Below, in pieces: positions 27,488 through 43,050 of a stretch of DNA of 64,000 nucleotides. The position numbers and the translations under genes are program-made. Positions within the stretch are counted from its first letter, which is position 1; every line of letters begins with the position of its first letter. A model generated the notes under the pieces. The model did not search any database, was not told the origin of the DNA, and worked only from the letters and a program-made list of their open reading frames with translations. Origin of the DNA: the human T2T-CHM13v2.0 reference genome, Homo sapiens; NCBI RefSeq assembly GCF_009914755.1, contig NC_060932.1; one strand, 5' to 3'.

Positions 27488-27854
27488 CGAGTTGTGATTA
27501 AGGTCAGTCGTTTTGGGGTGGTTTATGACACGGCAGTAAACCGCAGACCGTAGTTCAACGGAAATCTGATGCTCTTTCTGAGTTGGGCAATGCATGTCCA
27601 TACATACTGGAGTATGCATATTAATGTATAAAACAGATGCTAATTTGTAAGGGGAGAAGTTGCATTCTGTTCAAACTAATATCAGGAAGTGAGGATTCTG
27701 CATAAAATGCAATACTGATTTCTAAGTATTAGGGAGAAAAATCAACCTATAAAAAAGATAAATAAGTGAAGAGTTAACCAAAAAAAACCCAAAAAACTTT
27801 CGTAAGGTCTTTGTGATGTAATGTTATAATTTGCTCTTTGAAATGCCTTTATAA

Positions 27855-28040
27855 TGGACTGGGAGAGAAAAGATCATCCCCAGTTGGGGTGGGCACCATC
27901 CAATCGCCGCCAGCGCGGCTAGAAAAAGCAGGCAGAAGAAGGTGGAAGGAGCTGGCTTGCTGAGTCTTCCCACCTTTGTCTTTCTCCCGTGCCAGAAGCT
28001 TCCTGCCTTTGGACATCAGACTCCAAGTTCTTCAACTCCT
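27855..28040 (+). mobile_element. MLT2 LTR fragment
   Basis: tggactgggagagaaaaga...ggtgggcaccatccaatcgccgccagcgcggctagaaaaagcaggcagaagaagg, homologous to 6757-6950. Confidence 0.75.
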
Positions 28041-29321
28041 TTTCCCAGAGCTGGCGACACCCCACTTGGCCCTTCTTGTATTCCGTAATGAATATTTTGG
28101 TAACGTGCTCCTCAAAGCCACTGGGTTGCTGGGTCATTGTCCCCTCCTTAGCAGCCAGTGAGTGGAGATTCAGGGAGGTCTCTCTGCACCCCCAGAGTGT
28201 GGAGCTGCCCTTTAACCACCAAGGGAAGCTCCCTCAGCCACGTGCTTCCCAGGACCTGGTGCTTGAGAAACGCTTGGATTAATTAGAGGGACCCAGAGCT
28301 GACGCTGCCGGCGCTCCGTGTGTGGGGCTGGGTGGCTCCACCGGAGCTGTGGCCACTGCGAGACCCCGACCCCTTGCTGCGTCCACTGCCGGCCTCACCC
28401 CCGTGCCTGAGGAGGCTCCCCAGTGTCTCCCTGGATCCCTAGGTCTGTGTCTTCCAGCACCGTGGGCCACGTGTGTCAGGCCCTGGGGCCAGCCTTGGAC
28501 ACGCTCCTCTGTCCTTGCCTCCCAGCCTGGCTTTGTCAGGTGTGACCTCTGTGAGAGCCTCTGTGAGACCACCCACACCTGCCAGCGTTGCTCCTACTCT
28601 CCCGCGCCTGCGTTCCAGCCTCTGTGGGCTCAGTGGGGATGGTTTCTTATGTGGCCCTGTCGAAAGGGTGTCTGTGTCCCTCGTCCCCTTGGACCGGTTG
28701 GGCTTCCCACCCAGAGGGCCGTCAAAGTGACCGTGGGGGCTTAGAAACCGCCTCACTTTGTGTTGTTGGCTGGAACCTGCACTCCCTCAGTGCTGAGCGC
28801 CGTTGAGGAACTCTGACTGCCCGAGGCCTCCTGCAGGCACCTGCAGGCCCCATCTGGGCCCGTGCACCTTGCAGCCTCCTTCCCCACAGGGCACCAGACA
28901 TGTGAATGACGCTGTCCCGAACCCTCCAGTCCAGCCCCTGCAGCGGCTGAGCATCACCCACTGCTTTAGGGGAAACAGAGACCTCACCAGGTGAGTCCGC
29001 CTGAGTTCCTACCTAGAAACCCGGACAGGTGATAAAATGGCTGCTATTGAGCCACTGCGTCCTGGGGTAACGTGCAGTGAGGTGTGCCCGGGGCTTTCTA
29101 AATGCCCTTCCTCTTCTTCCCTTCCTTGAACACACACACGCCCGCCCTGCACCCTGCACCCTCAGACCCGTCCGTGTTCTGTGTGAACCTGCCTGTGAAA
29201 AATCCGTCCCTCCGGGCATCCCTTCCTCCTCCGGCCGACCCGTTTACCCCACACAAGAGAACTCACTTTCCAGCGTGGAGCCTCATTTATCGCCTGAACC
29301 ACTTCTGAAAAAAATTAGGCA

Positions 29322-29608
<287 letters not shown>

Positions 29609-30721
29609 GAAATTAGGCAAATCCCTCAGGGTCAGTTTGTAGGAAAGCGTTTTTACTCATCAGCAGACAGGCTGCTTAGAGACAGTGCAGACCCTATAAA
29701 CATCCTCCTGGAAATGAAACCCCGACAGGAAAGCCTAAGCCAGGGCAGAGAGGGAAGGAAAAGACACCGTCTCCTGTCGACGGCGAGTGCCGCCTCTGCT
29801 ACTAGCTTTAAAAAGGCATTTATTTCCACAGACGGTTTCAATCCATCTTGATGGAATTAAACATTACAAAACAAAGTAAAAGTGATTAAAGCCTATCTCA
29901 GAACATAAAGGACAGCTTATTTCAAGGAATTGGATTCCTGGGAATTGAGTTAAGGGAAATGGAGAATCGAATTACGTGGAAGGCACCGCAGTGCCCCGCT
30001 TCCCTTCTTGACATCAGCCCATCCCTGGCAGGACGCAGAGCCACCAGAGCCAGAGCCACCGGCCCGAGCAGAACGATCATGTCCTAGTTATTCTCCTGAG
30101 CAGATTCAATCATTTTGGTCATTTCATAAGTTACCTACTGAGCAATGTCATACGCAGACAAATTGATTTCTCTTCGCATGTTAGAGCCACGGATTTGAGA
30201 AAATACAACCTGCTCCCCAGCGTAAGGTGATCTGCCCGCGTGGGGAGAGACAGCGTGTGGAAGGAGGTTCCCATGAATGCTGATCACAGAGTCTGTGAGC
30301 TTCCTCTGGAGCCAGTTTCCTCCTCAGCCTCCCTAAACCGAGTCCAGGAAAACCTGCCAGCTGTGGAACACTTTCATTAACACAAGATCCTGGCACTGCC
30401 GTATTTGACTAAACTGTGTAGGTTATGGTATAATTAGGGCATTATTCTTCCCTAATAACTGAGGCCACTTCAATTAAACTCTACATGGATAAAATATAAA
30501 AGAAGTCAGGAAACGCAGGCTGCAGTTGTGATTCTAGGCACTTAGCTCGCCTCTGTGGCTGCCGTTTTTATTGTGCTAATTAGCAACGGACCTTACACCT
30601 TAGACTGGGAAGTTCAGAGAATGAATGCGTGTGTACACTCCTGTTCCCAGGGCGTATTTCAGATATTTATGAAATACGTGAGTATTTTAACTAACAAATA
30701 ATAGGACATTAGAAGATCTAG

Positions 30722-31035
<314 letters not shown>

Positions 31036-31730
31036 GAAGATCTAAAGCAGGCAGTGAAGACATCGACTCTTTAGATAAAGGAGTGTTTGTGTGATTTCCT
31101 TCACAAGTGGAGAGTGTGTTACATGCTAAAGAGACATAAGGAAAAGTTGAAAAATACGTACAATGTGTATGTCAGATGCTACAACCTGACCCTAAGATCC
31201 GACTTCTCTGCATGGTCATCAAGCTGGAATCAAGACTTTTAAAACCAAGTGCCCATTCCCCCTGTCACTGACTCTATGGCACATCTTAAAATCTTAAAAT
31301 GTAAGTGGTGTCCTAGAACTAAATACATGTAATTTCCTTTGACCATACCTACAACACGGACATCTAGCAAAGCACATTTAGAGGAGGAAGCAGATCCGAA
31401 AATGAGTTTGTGACGTGGGGCCTTTGAGGGAATTGAAAATCCTGGAAGCTTGAAAATCGTGTGGGTCTGTTTTGCTTCCCTGTGCTAAGTTTAAAGCTGC
31501 CATTCTCTAATGTCCATCCACTGGTCCTGTTCTGTCTTCTAGAATAACAAACAATTACAATAGCCACTCTTCTGTTTGAATTGTTGGAATTAGGCATGCT
31601 GGGCGGAGCACACAGTGGTGGAGTCCAGGGTGGAGGCTGATGGCCTGATGGAAACCCCACTCCTGCGTCATCGTCAGAAGAATGTATTTTCCTTTGGCAA
31701 GTCAAGGTTTTTAAGGCTGGGTGTGTATTC

Positions 31731-32005
31731 CAGGAAGAGAAAACCAAGCACTGCACGCTATTACTTGTAAGTGGGTGCTGAACAATGAGATCACATGGAC
31801 ACAGGGAGGGGAACAGCACACATTGGGGCCTGTGTAGGGGGGTCAGCATGCGGAGGGAAAGCATCAAGATAAATAGCTAATTCATGCTGGGGTTAATACC
31901 TAGGTGATGGATTGACAGGTGCAGCAAACCACCATGGCACATGTTTACCTGTGTAACAAACCTGCACATCCTTCACATGTATCCCAGAACTTAAATAAAA
32001 TAAAA
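31731..32005 (+). mobile_element. Short L1PA 3'-end insertion
   Basis: gaacaatgagatcacatggacacagggagggg...gcagcaaaccaccatggcac...cccagaacttaaataaaataaaaa; TSD aaggctgggtg. Confidence 0.9.
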
Positions 32006-32702
32006 AGGCTGGGTGCATATTTATAATAATTGTGCTTGAAGCAAAAGATTCAAGGAGGATGCTGTGCGGAAGGGGCTGGATCAGGCCAAGAGTGAAGGGG
32101 TCGGGGCCATCTTGGGTCTGCAGACCTCCTGCATGTCCTGAATTGGGCCAGGTCACCTAATCTCTCAGCCTTCCTTCCTCATCTGTACAATGGGGAGGAA
32201 ACTCCAAAACTCACGTCTGGAATTTATCATGAGGATGAACTGGAAAAATAGAGGCAAAACGCTCACAGAGGCCACATCCTATGTGTTGATGGTGGTGATT
32301 AATAGTTGGCTCTGCATGCCAGGGATAAAGCAGTGAACCGAGCAGGCAGAAGATCTCGAGTCTTCAGAGAGCTCATGTCAGCTCAGGGAAGGTGGACAGC
32401 CATCAGATGGGCTTGCCGTTACAGTGCTCAGTGGGTGCAAGAGCTATGTGCAAAATTAGGGCAGAAGAAGAGGGTCTGGGAGGGCTGGGGTGGGTGAGAG
32501 ATCTAAGGCCATGCCCAGGAGAGACCTCGGTGAGAAGGGCCTTTGGAGAATGGACTGGAAAGAAGGGAGGGAGCCTGGTGGGTGTTTGGAGGATGGAGAG
32601 GCAGGTGCCGCTGGGGCAGGAGTGGCCTGGTGTGTCTGGAGAAGCACACAGCCACCGCAGTGGGTGGAGAGAGGAGAGCAGGCAGGCAAAGGAAGGAGCG
32701 CT

Positions 32703-32939
32703 CATGCAGAGCACACAGGCCAGGCAGGGACAGGAGAGAGGAGTGTCGCATGCAGAGCACACAGGCCGGGCGTGGACAGGAGAGAGGAGTGTCACATGCA
32801 GAGCACACAGGCCGGGCACGGACAGGAGAGAGGAGTGTCACATGCAGAGCACCCAGGCCGGGCACGGACAGGAGAGAGGAGTGTCACATGCAGAGCACAC
32901 AGGCCGGGCACGGACAGGAGAGAGGAGTGTCACATGCAG
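32703..32939. repeat. Minisatellite, 46-bp unit x ~5
   Basis: catgcagagcacacaggccgggcacggacaggagagaggagtgtca at 46-bp period. Confidence 0.95.
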
Positions 32940-34326
32940 CCAATGTTTCCTCGGCCTCTTGTTTGCAGGAGGATCAGGCGGGTAGAGGGAGGAAGGGAGA
33001 ACGGGACCAGCGAAGGGGCTCCTTAGCCACCCAGAAGCAGGAGGTGGGTGAAGGGAGAGCTGGTGAGAGCTGACCGACCTGGCCATATTCTGGAGTTAGA
33101 GGCAGCCGGGGTTTCTGGCAGATGGACAGTGAGATGCTGAGGAAAGAGGAACCTGGGCAGCCAAGAAGGGGAACTCACCAAGCACAGGGCGGGGACTGAG
33201 GTGGGGCAGGGCTGGGGAGCAGGAGGATCCCAGCAGGGTGCCCCGAGGCAGATGTGGAGAGGTGGGAGTCCCTTAGGTGATATGCTACTGTCTGTGTTAA
33301 TCACTCAGGTGTGTGGTGAGAACACCCAGACCAGGCTACTTAGAAGTGGATGTCGATATCAGTCAAATCTGTTGCCAGGGCTAGGAGACCTGAATGTTGG
33401 GAGAACCACAGAAGACCCTGGGAAAGGGACAGGAAATTCTCTTTGAAAAGTGAGTTTGTAGGCCTGGTGAGCTTCACTTTTGCTCACTTGGGGCTTTGGA
33501 AACAGGTGAGATGTCTGAGTATGTGCTCTTTGAGGGCAGGAACCCTTGTTTCTCATCCTGGCTTCCAAAAAGCACGACAGACACACTGGTAGAGACAGTC
33601 TTAAATATCTGTGGGCCTTTCCTCGCCCACGTGAAGATGAGTTTTCCTGTAAGGAAGGAAACATTTCGAGTGGACAGGGCTGAGAGCTGCCTGGTGGGAG
33701 GTGCAGAGTCCTGCAACAGCCGCACCAGGGGAGCAGAGGGACGGTGTCACCTCTGTCACCTCTCGGAGGGGGGTGACACCGATGGCTCCAGAAGAGAGTC
33801 TGCAAATGAGGACACATGAGGCTAAGCCTGGAAGCTCAGGCAGGCGTGCTAGGTTGCGACTCTGCAAATGAGGACACAGGAGGCTAAGCCTGGAAGCGTG
33901 GGAAGCTCAGGCGGGGGTGCTGGGTCCCAGGCCGAGGAGTCTGTTTGCTTCCCTGAACTCCTCCGTGCTTTGAATCCAAACACCTGGGCGGCTTTCACTT
34001 TCGTGGGGAGTTGATGTCACTCCCCACGGCAATTTGAATGACTGGTTCTAGGACTTGATGAGGACTGGAAGGTATTTCTGGTGGTTGTCATTGCAGCCAA
34101 GTGTGGAGACCCTGTCTCCGGGAATAAAATTAGGTTGAGAAAAGCTATGGTGTGGACGTGTTTATTCCCCGAATATCACTGGGGTCTTTGCCTTGCTAAT
34201 TCCCAGCTCTATGTTGCTGAGCTGTTGCTAGAGGGCGGTTCATTGAAGGCATCATTTAAACGCCTGGCCGCGAGATTTTATACCACAACATTTTCCCCCT
34301 AAAAAAGCGTTCATATTACAATGCCA

Positions 34327-34448
34327 GGCCAGACATGGTGTCTTACAGCTGTAATTCCAGCGATTCTGGAGTCCGAGGTAGGAGGATCACTTGAGCCTTG
34401 GAGTTAAAAACTTTGTCTCTACAAACAAACAAAGAAACAAACAAAAAA
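34327..34448 (+). mobile_element. FLAM / monomeric Alu
   Basis: Single Alu arm with (caaa)n tail; TSD attacaatgc. Confidence 0.8.
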
Positions 34449-35824
34449 TTACAATGCTATTATATTAATTTATTGTTTTAAAACTAATTATTGAGTTTGA
34501 AACTTTATTATTGACAACCATTATTCTAAATAATGACTTACTGCATCTTATAAAAGTCATATAAAGTCTTATAAAGACTGAATCAATTGCTCAACTCTGA
34601 AATCATACGCTCTAAGCAACTTGTCTTTCTTAAATATTTCTTTAAAACGATGTGCTGTTCTCTATTTCATTCCTCTTTGCCTGGAATGTAATTTTATTTC
34701 TCTTCACCTGGCTCATCTCCTCTCATCCTGAGGCCTCAGATTGCAGGCCACTTCCTTCCAGAGCCGCTTCCTCCCAGAGGGCCGGCGCCTTCCTCCCTCT
34801 CCCCCTGGCTGTTAGCGTTCCATCTTCTCTCCCCTGGGGGGCTCACACGTCCTGTATTTTAGAGCTCTCCTCTCTGTTGTATTATTGACTGTGTAGACAT
34901 CAAATTTCCTACTATGCAGTTAGTTGCAATAGAGAAAAAACAATCTTTTGTTATTATTTTATCCCCAAGGTCCAATGTGTTATTAGATATTCAATACTTA
35001 TTGAATGAGTAAACAACTGCTGATACCGTGAAGGATATAAAAATGCAAAATGTGATTCTTTTCTTGAAGAACTTCCAATCTCTGGGTGAAAACCATGCAC
35101 ACAGGGAGAGTAAAGGACAGCATGAGATCGCCTATATGAGTTTATGTGTTTACTGCAACGTAAACTCAGAAAGTGCAGAATCCACAGCCATCGTGCTCCC
35201 GGTTGTGTGGCCTAAGCCCCGCATGCAGCAGGCGGCAGACAGTGAACTGTGCCTGAACAAACGAAGAGGGAGCGGTGGAGAGGGAAATCTGGGAGGTGAT
35301 GGGGGATGAGAGGAGCTTGGGCGTATTCTTGAATCACAGTTGAGCAGGATGTGGTTTCTGGGGATGAAACGCATCCTGCTAAATGCCCAGTGGGAAATGG
35401 GGGTTTGATTGACAGGCAGGCAGGGACCACTGTTGCCTACAAGGAAGGGAGGACCCAAGAAAGCATCTGCAGCTAATGCTGAGTATCACCGTCATTGTGC
35501 TCACCTGTTACTCACAGCGTATGCAGCGCTTCGGGATATGTTGTCCAACTTAATCCTACAATGTAGTGTGAACTGAGCAGAATAAGCACCATTATTTCCA
35601 CGATATGAAAGAGCGAATAGTCATGAGGGAACTGATGACTCTGTAGAGAAAATGCTGTGTTCTATGGGCTGGTTCCACGTTTAATTTTTCCATCATCCTT
35701 TGTCTGTTTTCTTTAAATGCATCTTTTGAAGGATATAAAAAATAGATAAAATTATGTATACAATGTCCGTAATAGTAGTGCTATATATCTTATTAAAGGG
35801 TTATGAAAGCCATGTTATTTGTGA

Positions 35825-36472
35825 CATACACATGCTCATTAACAGTAACATAAGCATGCATCAACACACACATGTATAAACATACACATTCACATACAAT
35901 GTACACCCTTACATACACACATTCACACACTCACACAGGCACACACATGCATGAATGCACACACATGCACGAATCCACACGTGCACACTCACATACACAC
36001 ATGCACACTCACATACGAACACCTGTGCCCATACACACATGCACATGTTCACACATATGCAACACTGAAATGCACACAATACTCACATTCACATACACAC
36101 GCATGCACTGTCATGCACGAACATATGCACACACGTGCACATACAATACACACTCACATGAACATCTGTGCACATGCACGCATGCACATATTCAAACATA
36201 TGGAACACTCGCATGCACACAATACTCACATTCACATACGCACACACAGGCACATTCTCACATGTACACATGCACTGTCACGCAGGCACACGTGCGCAAA
36301 CATACATGCACACATCCACAGATATGCACACATGCATAAGCACACACAATCACATGCACACACAGACATAGTCACACATACACACACATGCACAGACACA
36401 CGCACATGCACAGTCTCACATGAGTGCACAGACATGCTCACACATACGCATACTTGCACACTCACACACGCA
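35825..36472. repeat. Degenerate (CA/CATG)n low-complexity tract
   Basis: cacacatgca-type units. Confidence 0.9.
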
Positions 36473-37461
36473 TCAGTTCTTGCTAGGAATTTTCAAAGTT
36501 TCTACACAGAAATCAGTGCAGGAAGACAAACACCAGCCCAGAGCAGGGCAGCTGCAATGGGAAGCTCGCCTGAGAGGAGCGGGCATTGCCGCAGGTCACC
36601 AGGAAGCCCTCCTTGGGCGCTCGCCTCAGAGCCCGCCAGGAAGCTGTGCGTCTCTAGGAGGATCCCACTCAGCTGCAGCAAAGCCCTGCGCCGGGAAGGG
36701 AGCTCCATGCCCGCATGACTGTCCCTGAGAGCCGCGCTGCCCTGCCATAGGGTGGCTCAGCTGCTCCTCACTCACATTCATAATTCCAGAAAACAAGATA
36801 TGTTTGTTTTCAACATATTTGATAAGGTGGGATGGCGAATTTTATTTCTTTGGGTTACATAAATATGAGTATAAGTAGTATAAGTAGTATAAGACAAAAC
36901 AAAAAAGGAATGACCAGATATATGTCCTAACACAAAAATGTACTAAACATTAGGTTGCAATTCTCCTTGACTTTAAAAATGAGGTGAGCACCTTTCTTTA
37001 CATTGTCAGATGATGTATCTAAGTATGGCTGCAAGCTTTGCATTGAGACCTGTTGGCTGCGGGGTTCATGCTGTCTGTGATTTGTTGTGTGGATTCAAAA
37101 CACAATAAACATGTAATAGAAATAATTACATGAAGATACATTGATGTGGGTCATCTTTCAGCAACATCAAGCTCTTTAATACGTTTTTCAATTTTATATG
37201 AAATGAAAACAAATTATTCCACCATAGATAATTTCTTACATCCTAATATTGGGGCATTAAAAGAATAAGTTGTGGTATAAGAATCAGGAACGTGATTTTA
37301 CAATGGTGATGAGAAAGCACTCAAGGAGGCCGTAGCCTGAATGCCGCGTGGCCGCACCTCCTGCGTGGACTCCCCAGGGACTGTCTTGACTCCGACTGGA
37401 GCACCGCAGCCGTGCGCCCTCTCCCAGGAGAGCAAGGTGCACCTTTAAAGATTCCAGATGA

Positions 37462-37923
<462 letters not shown>

Positions 37924-39894
37924 TTGGTCCGCATTTCAGGCTGTGCGGCTCCTGCGCGGTGGGCGAGGCCTGGTCTGCAGGATTTCCAGGCTTTCTGTCC
38001 TGAGCCTCCTGCTTGAATTACGCCTGTGACTTTCAACACACGCAACGCCGTCCGGGGAGGTGAAGAGCGAAGAGGGTATTTTGCTTTGCTGAGTAGCCCG
38101 ACGTTCCTTAGGAATGAAACCCACATATTCGTCGTCCATTTATTTTGAAGTACTTGGGTGTTTGAGGAGGGGAGACATGTAATATTTAATATACGTATTT
38201 TTTGCTTTCTGCGTAATTAGTAATGAACACTTCCCCCCACGCCCTTTATGTAGTTATTTAATTGAGTTTTCATGAAAGAACCTTTTCTCTGATGAAATTT
38301 AAACCCAATTAAGTATTTCAAAGTGTTGTGGGTAACCAGTGCTTCCAAGGTATTTTTCCCGCTCATCTCACAGGATGCCAGCATCGCATTGACAGTATTT
38401 GGAATGGTCAGCCTTTAGCAGCGTGTGGGAAAGGTGCGGTGGCTTCATTCTGTTATTGTCTATAACTCCTCAGTGAAAACAGGTGACTTGTTCTTAATGA
38501 ATGTTTCTTTCCCTTTTGTCAGACAATAAAAATGAAAGAAAATGTTGTTGACTTCATATTTGTGAAAGCAGAAGGTTACCAAAATCATCGGCAGGACACA
38601 TGGAAGGGGAGTGTGAATTAGGGTAAAATTACTACACCAAATTATACTTCTATCATTGCTTTTATACATATGCTGTAAGCCGGTTGGCTCAGGAAAAAAC
38701 CCACACAATCAGTAAGTCTTAAGAAAGTTGTACCTTTAGCCCCCTCTGCCTTAGTTCTGGAACCCTCTGGTCAGGATCTGCCCCAGGCCCCAATTTGTGG
38801 TCTGTGGTCACATTCAGGACCCCTGCCTCAGTGGCCCCTCGACATCACCATCACCTGGCAGGAGCTGCCAGGAATGCCAATGAGTCATCGGTGCTGGAAG
38901 GCTTTTCTCCAGAGCCGACTTGCCTGACTTCTGTTTATATTTCCTCGGCCACAGGAAGTGACATGGCCAAGTCCAACCTCCAGCTGGTGGTAGGTGCAGC
39001 TCTACCAGATCCCCAGGTCAGGAAAACCTAGAAGGCTGGTGGGTTGCAGTGAAGACCCGATCTCGGGCGTTAGAGACCAATGTCCCATTTCCTTCTGTAA
39101 TACACAGCAGCAGGGACCGCCTGCCACCCTCCCCTCTCTGGGGCACAGCAGCTGCGTCTGGGAAGGGTGTGAGACTGTCCTATGCCAGCTGCCACCAACA
39201 ACGGCAGTGCAGGCCGAGGCAGTTCCCCATGGCCAGCGGCTCCCCGGGATCAAGGCTGGGGGGTCCCCAAATGTCTTGCAGAGCTCTCTGACTTAAGCAG
39301 CTGCCTTAAGTGTTGTTTTTCAAGCTGTAAGTAGCCAAGCGCTAGTGGGTGGTGAGGTCTGTTGAGTGGGTCACGACCAGCCTCAAAGACACCAGGTGGC
39401 ATTCTGTGTGGGAGGAGTGAGTGCTGTTCTGCCGAGCAGTATTCTGATGTACAAGATCACCGAAGGAAATGCATTTCCTACCAGGGATTGAGGTCAACAC
39501 AATTGAAAGCCCCTGGCCAGCTACAGCTCAGCAATACTCGGCGACACTCAAGAGTTGTTTTTGAAATGCAACATGTAATTCCTTCTCTGCAGAGCCTGGT
39601 AAGTCTTAGGAATGTTACCTGGTTCTGCCAATAAAGAGCTTTTCGTAGGAACCTTTCAAAGTCCCCAGAATTACATTAGGAAAGAGTATTACACGGATGA
39701 CATCCCATGTGCCTCCTTGAAAGATACCAACTTAATTACGCTTTTCTCCCTGAGCTTACCACAGCAGTAACGATAATAGTAAACAACATTCACTTATTTA
39801 GCGTTTACTATATATTAGGCATTTTGCTAAGTGCCAGACCCTATATTAAATGCTAATAAACACTGTTGTATTAACCTCCACAATCCTAAGAGGC

Positions 39895-40072
39895 AGAAAA
39901 GGAGCATATTTTGAGGGGTCCAGTGAAGAATGGAAATGAGGGTCCCCTTGTTCAAAAATTATTAAGAATTTCTAGATGGGGAAAGCAGAACATTAAATCA
40001 AGTATGGGTCTTTCCCAGTGAGTAGGGGGCCCTATGAGATGGCACAGATTTCAGGCTCATGAAGCCAGTCAG
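39895..40072 (-). mobile_element. MER45A-like hAT DNA transposon remnant
   Basis: ccccttgttcaaaaattattaagaatttc...catgaagccag matches the recalled MER45A reverse strand. Confidence 0.7.
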
Positions 40073-40853
40073 CCCAGCCAGTAGCAATAAACTACATTTT
40101 GCAGTGATGAAGTGGAGCTGTTCAAGGTCAGCTGCTGGTTGGAGGTCGCACATCTAACTTTTGTGGAACTGAGACCTGAACCCTGGCCACCTCACTCATC
40201 AACTCTCTTCTGTTATATCCACCAAAAGCATCTGGTGTCCCAGCAGGTCACTCGCCGGGAGCCCCACGTTCCGTGGGCACCTTCACATTTTTATAATCAG
40301 CTCCTGGTCTATTTGAACTCACCATCCCAGGGGTTTTGCACATCAGATGTGGTTGGATTGCCATTATACATAATGGTTAGTGTTCTCCTTGTCTCATTGT
40401 GAAATTGTGCTGAAATGGAGTAATTACGTTAGCCTTGACTTCAACTCTTCAGTAGAGAGAACAATTTTTACTTATCTCTATCCAAGCACTTTTCTTATAG
40501 TAGGAGTTTGTTAAGTGTTTGTTGAATTATTCCGTAAATGTCCACTTTGTGTTAATTCTAGGGCAAAAGTTCCTCTCAGAAGCCCGTACCTCTTTGAGCC
40601 TCACTACTTGAGTATTCAAAGCTGGAGGACAGAAATGTTGGTGTTTGATACGTCTCTGCGAGCAACAACTTCTCCGCAGCCTTGTGATGAGGAAGGAACA
40701 ATTTAGAGCCTCCTCTACCCACTGATCCTTGCCTGCTGAGGTAATCAAGTCTCTAAGGGCCTCATTGACACTATCGGCAAGTAGCCAGCATTTACCATGT
40801 TTCTTTAAACTGATTGTGTAGTGATGTGGCTAAATTAATATGTCCTACAAGGA

Positions 40854-41177
<324 letters not shown>

Positions 41178-41381
41178 CTATAAAGAAACAGAAAACAGAA
41201 ACCAGCTACAGCAGAAACGTTCAGAGTCTCAAGCAGATCTCTGGTGTTAGGATTCATGACTTGTACAATTGCCACAGAGGAACTGTCTCTCCTCTGAAAC
41301 AGTGGAAATGACAATAAATGCATCATAATTCTAACACGCTTAAATGATGATGTGCAAAGAAACGCTATTAGAATACCAATG

Positions 41382-41917
41382 TTTCTGACATTTGAATCAT
41401 TGCCATTCTGAGTGGTGTGAGATGGTATCTCATTGTGGTTTGGATTTGCGCTTCTCTAATGATCATTGATCTTGAGCTTTTTTTCATGTTTGTTGGCTGC
41501 ACAAATGTCTTCTTTTGAGAAGGCTCTGTTCATGTCCTTTGCTCACTTTTTGATGGGGTTGTTTTTTTCTTGTAAATTTGTTTAAGTTCCTTGTAGATTC
41601 TGGATATTAGACTTTGTCAGATGGCTAGATTGCAAGATTTTTCTCCCATTCTGTAGGTTGCCTGCTCTCTCATAAGTGGGAGTTGAACAATCAGAACACA
41701 TGGACACAGGGAGGGGAACACCACACACTAGGGCCTGTTGGAGGTGGGGGACAAGGGGAGGCAGAGCATTAGGACAAATACCTGATGCATGTGGGGCTTA
41801 AAACCTAGATGACAGGTTGTTAGGTGCAGCAAACCACCACAGCACATGTATACCTATGGAACAAACCTGCACGTTCTGCACACGTATCCTGGAATTTAAA
41901 GTAAAAAAAAAATTTAA
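41382..41917 (+). mobile_element. L1PA insertion with 5' inversion (twin priming)
   Basis: ~41382-41665 is antisense ORF2 3' sequence and ~41668-41917 is sense 3'UTR plus poly-A; TSD agaatacca(a/t)tgtt flanks both parts. Confidence 0.88.
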
Positions 41918-42328
41918 AGAATACCATTGTTCTTATCTAAATTAATTTTTATGCATCTGCCTCTGAGAGGATGCAGAGAGGCCACAAAGTATCCTTACCA
42001 CTCGCCCCTCCCATCCTGCAACCAAGCCCCTGAACCAGTGGACTTGTCAGATTTAGGACTAAGGAAGGCTTTGGTTGACCTGTTATTTTATAAATAGGAA
42101 ACAGGTTGAGGGCTCACAGCTAGTTAGTGAGCAGCAAATCAGGACGGAAACTCATGTGTCCTGCAGTCTAGTTTAGTAGATGTGTTTCTTGATTGAAGTG
42201 GCTCACATTTGGTCTCTGATACAAATAAATAAATAACATTAAACGCCAAGGACAGTGGGAGAATGTTATAAGCTGTTTACATGCTATTTACTAAAGTATT
42301 TTGTCCAAACCATAATAAGTTTACTTAT

Positions 42329-43050
42329 TGATACGATTTGGCTCTGTGTCCCCACCCAGGTCTCATGTTGTACTGTAAACACCAACACTGATGGGGGACC
42401 TGGTGGGAGGTGATTGGGTCATGGGGTGGATTTCCCCCTTGCTGTTCTCGTGATAGTGAGTGAGTTCTCATGAGATCTGGTTGTTTAAAAGTGTGTAGCT
42501 GGCCAGGCAAGGTGGCTCATGTCTGTAATCCCACCACTTTGGGAAGCCAAGGCAGGTGGATCAGTTTAGGCTAGGAGTTCAAGACCAGCTCGGCCAACAT
42601 GGCAAAACTCGGTCTCTACTAAAAATACAAAAAAAAAAAAAAAAAAAATTAGCGAGGCATGGTGGCATGCACCTGTGATCCCGAGCTACTCAGGGGGCTG
42701 AGGCACGAGAATCACTTGAACCCGGGGGGCAGAGGTTGCAGTGAGCCAAGGTGGCATCACTGCATTCCAGCCTGGGCGAAAGAGTGAGACTCTGTCTCCA
42801 ATAATAATAATAATATTAATAAATAAATGCAAGTGTGTACCATGTCCCCCTTCGCTCTCTCTCCTGCTCCATGAAGGGAAGACATACCTGCTTCCTCTCT
42901 ACCTTCCGCCATGGCTGAACATTTCCTAAGGCCTCCCCAGCCATGCTGGCTGTGGGGAACTATGAGTCAATTAAACTTGTTTTTTTTTTTTTTCATAAAC
43001 TCCTCAGTCTCCGGTGGTTCTTTATTGCAGTGTGAGAATGGACTAATACT
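42329..43050 (+). mobile_element. MST (MaLR) solo LTR interrupted by an Alu
   Basis: tgatacgatttggctctgtgtccccaccca start, gagaatggactaatac end; split at aagtgtgta. Confidence 0.85.
42501..42827 (+). mobile_element. AluS-type SINE nested in the MST LTR
   Basis: Full dimer with expanded A-linker and (ata)n tail; TSD aagtgtgta. Confidence 0.93.

Noticed and set aside
28985-28996. Strong isolated splice donors (cag|gtgagt here, cag|gtaagt at ~9757)
   Set aside because: No coherent exon chain or reading frame could be assembled; lncRNA exons can be neither supported nor excluded.
33742-33781. 10-bp inverted repeat cggtgtcacc...ggtgacaccg
   Set aside because: Short stem with a long spacer; expected by chance in 64 kb and has no supporting context.
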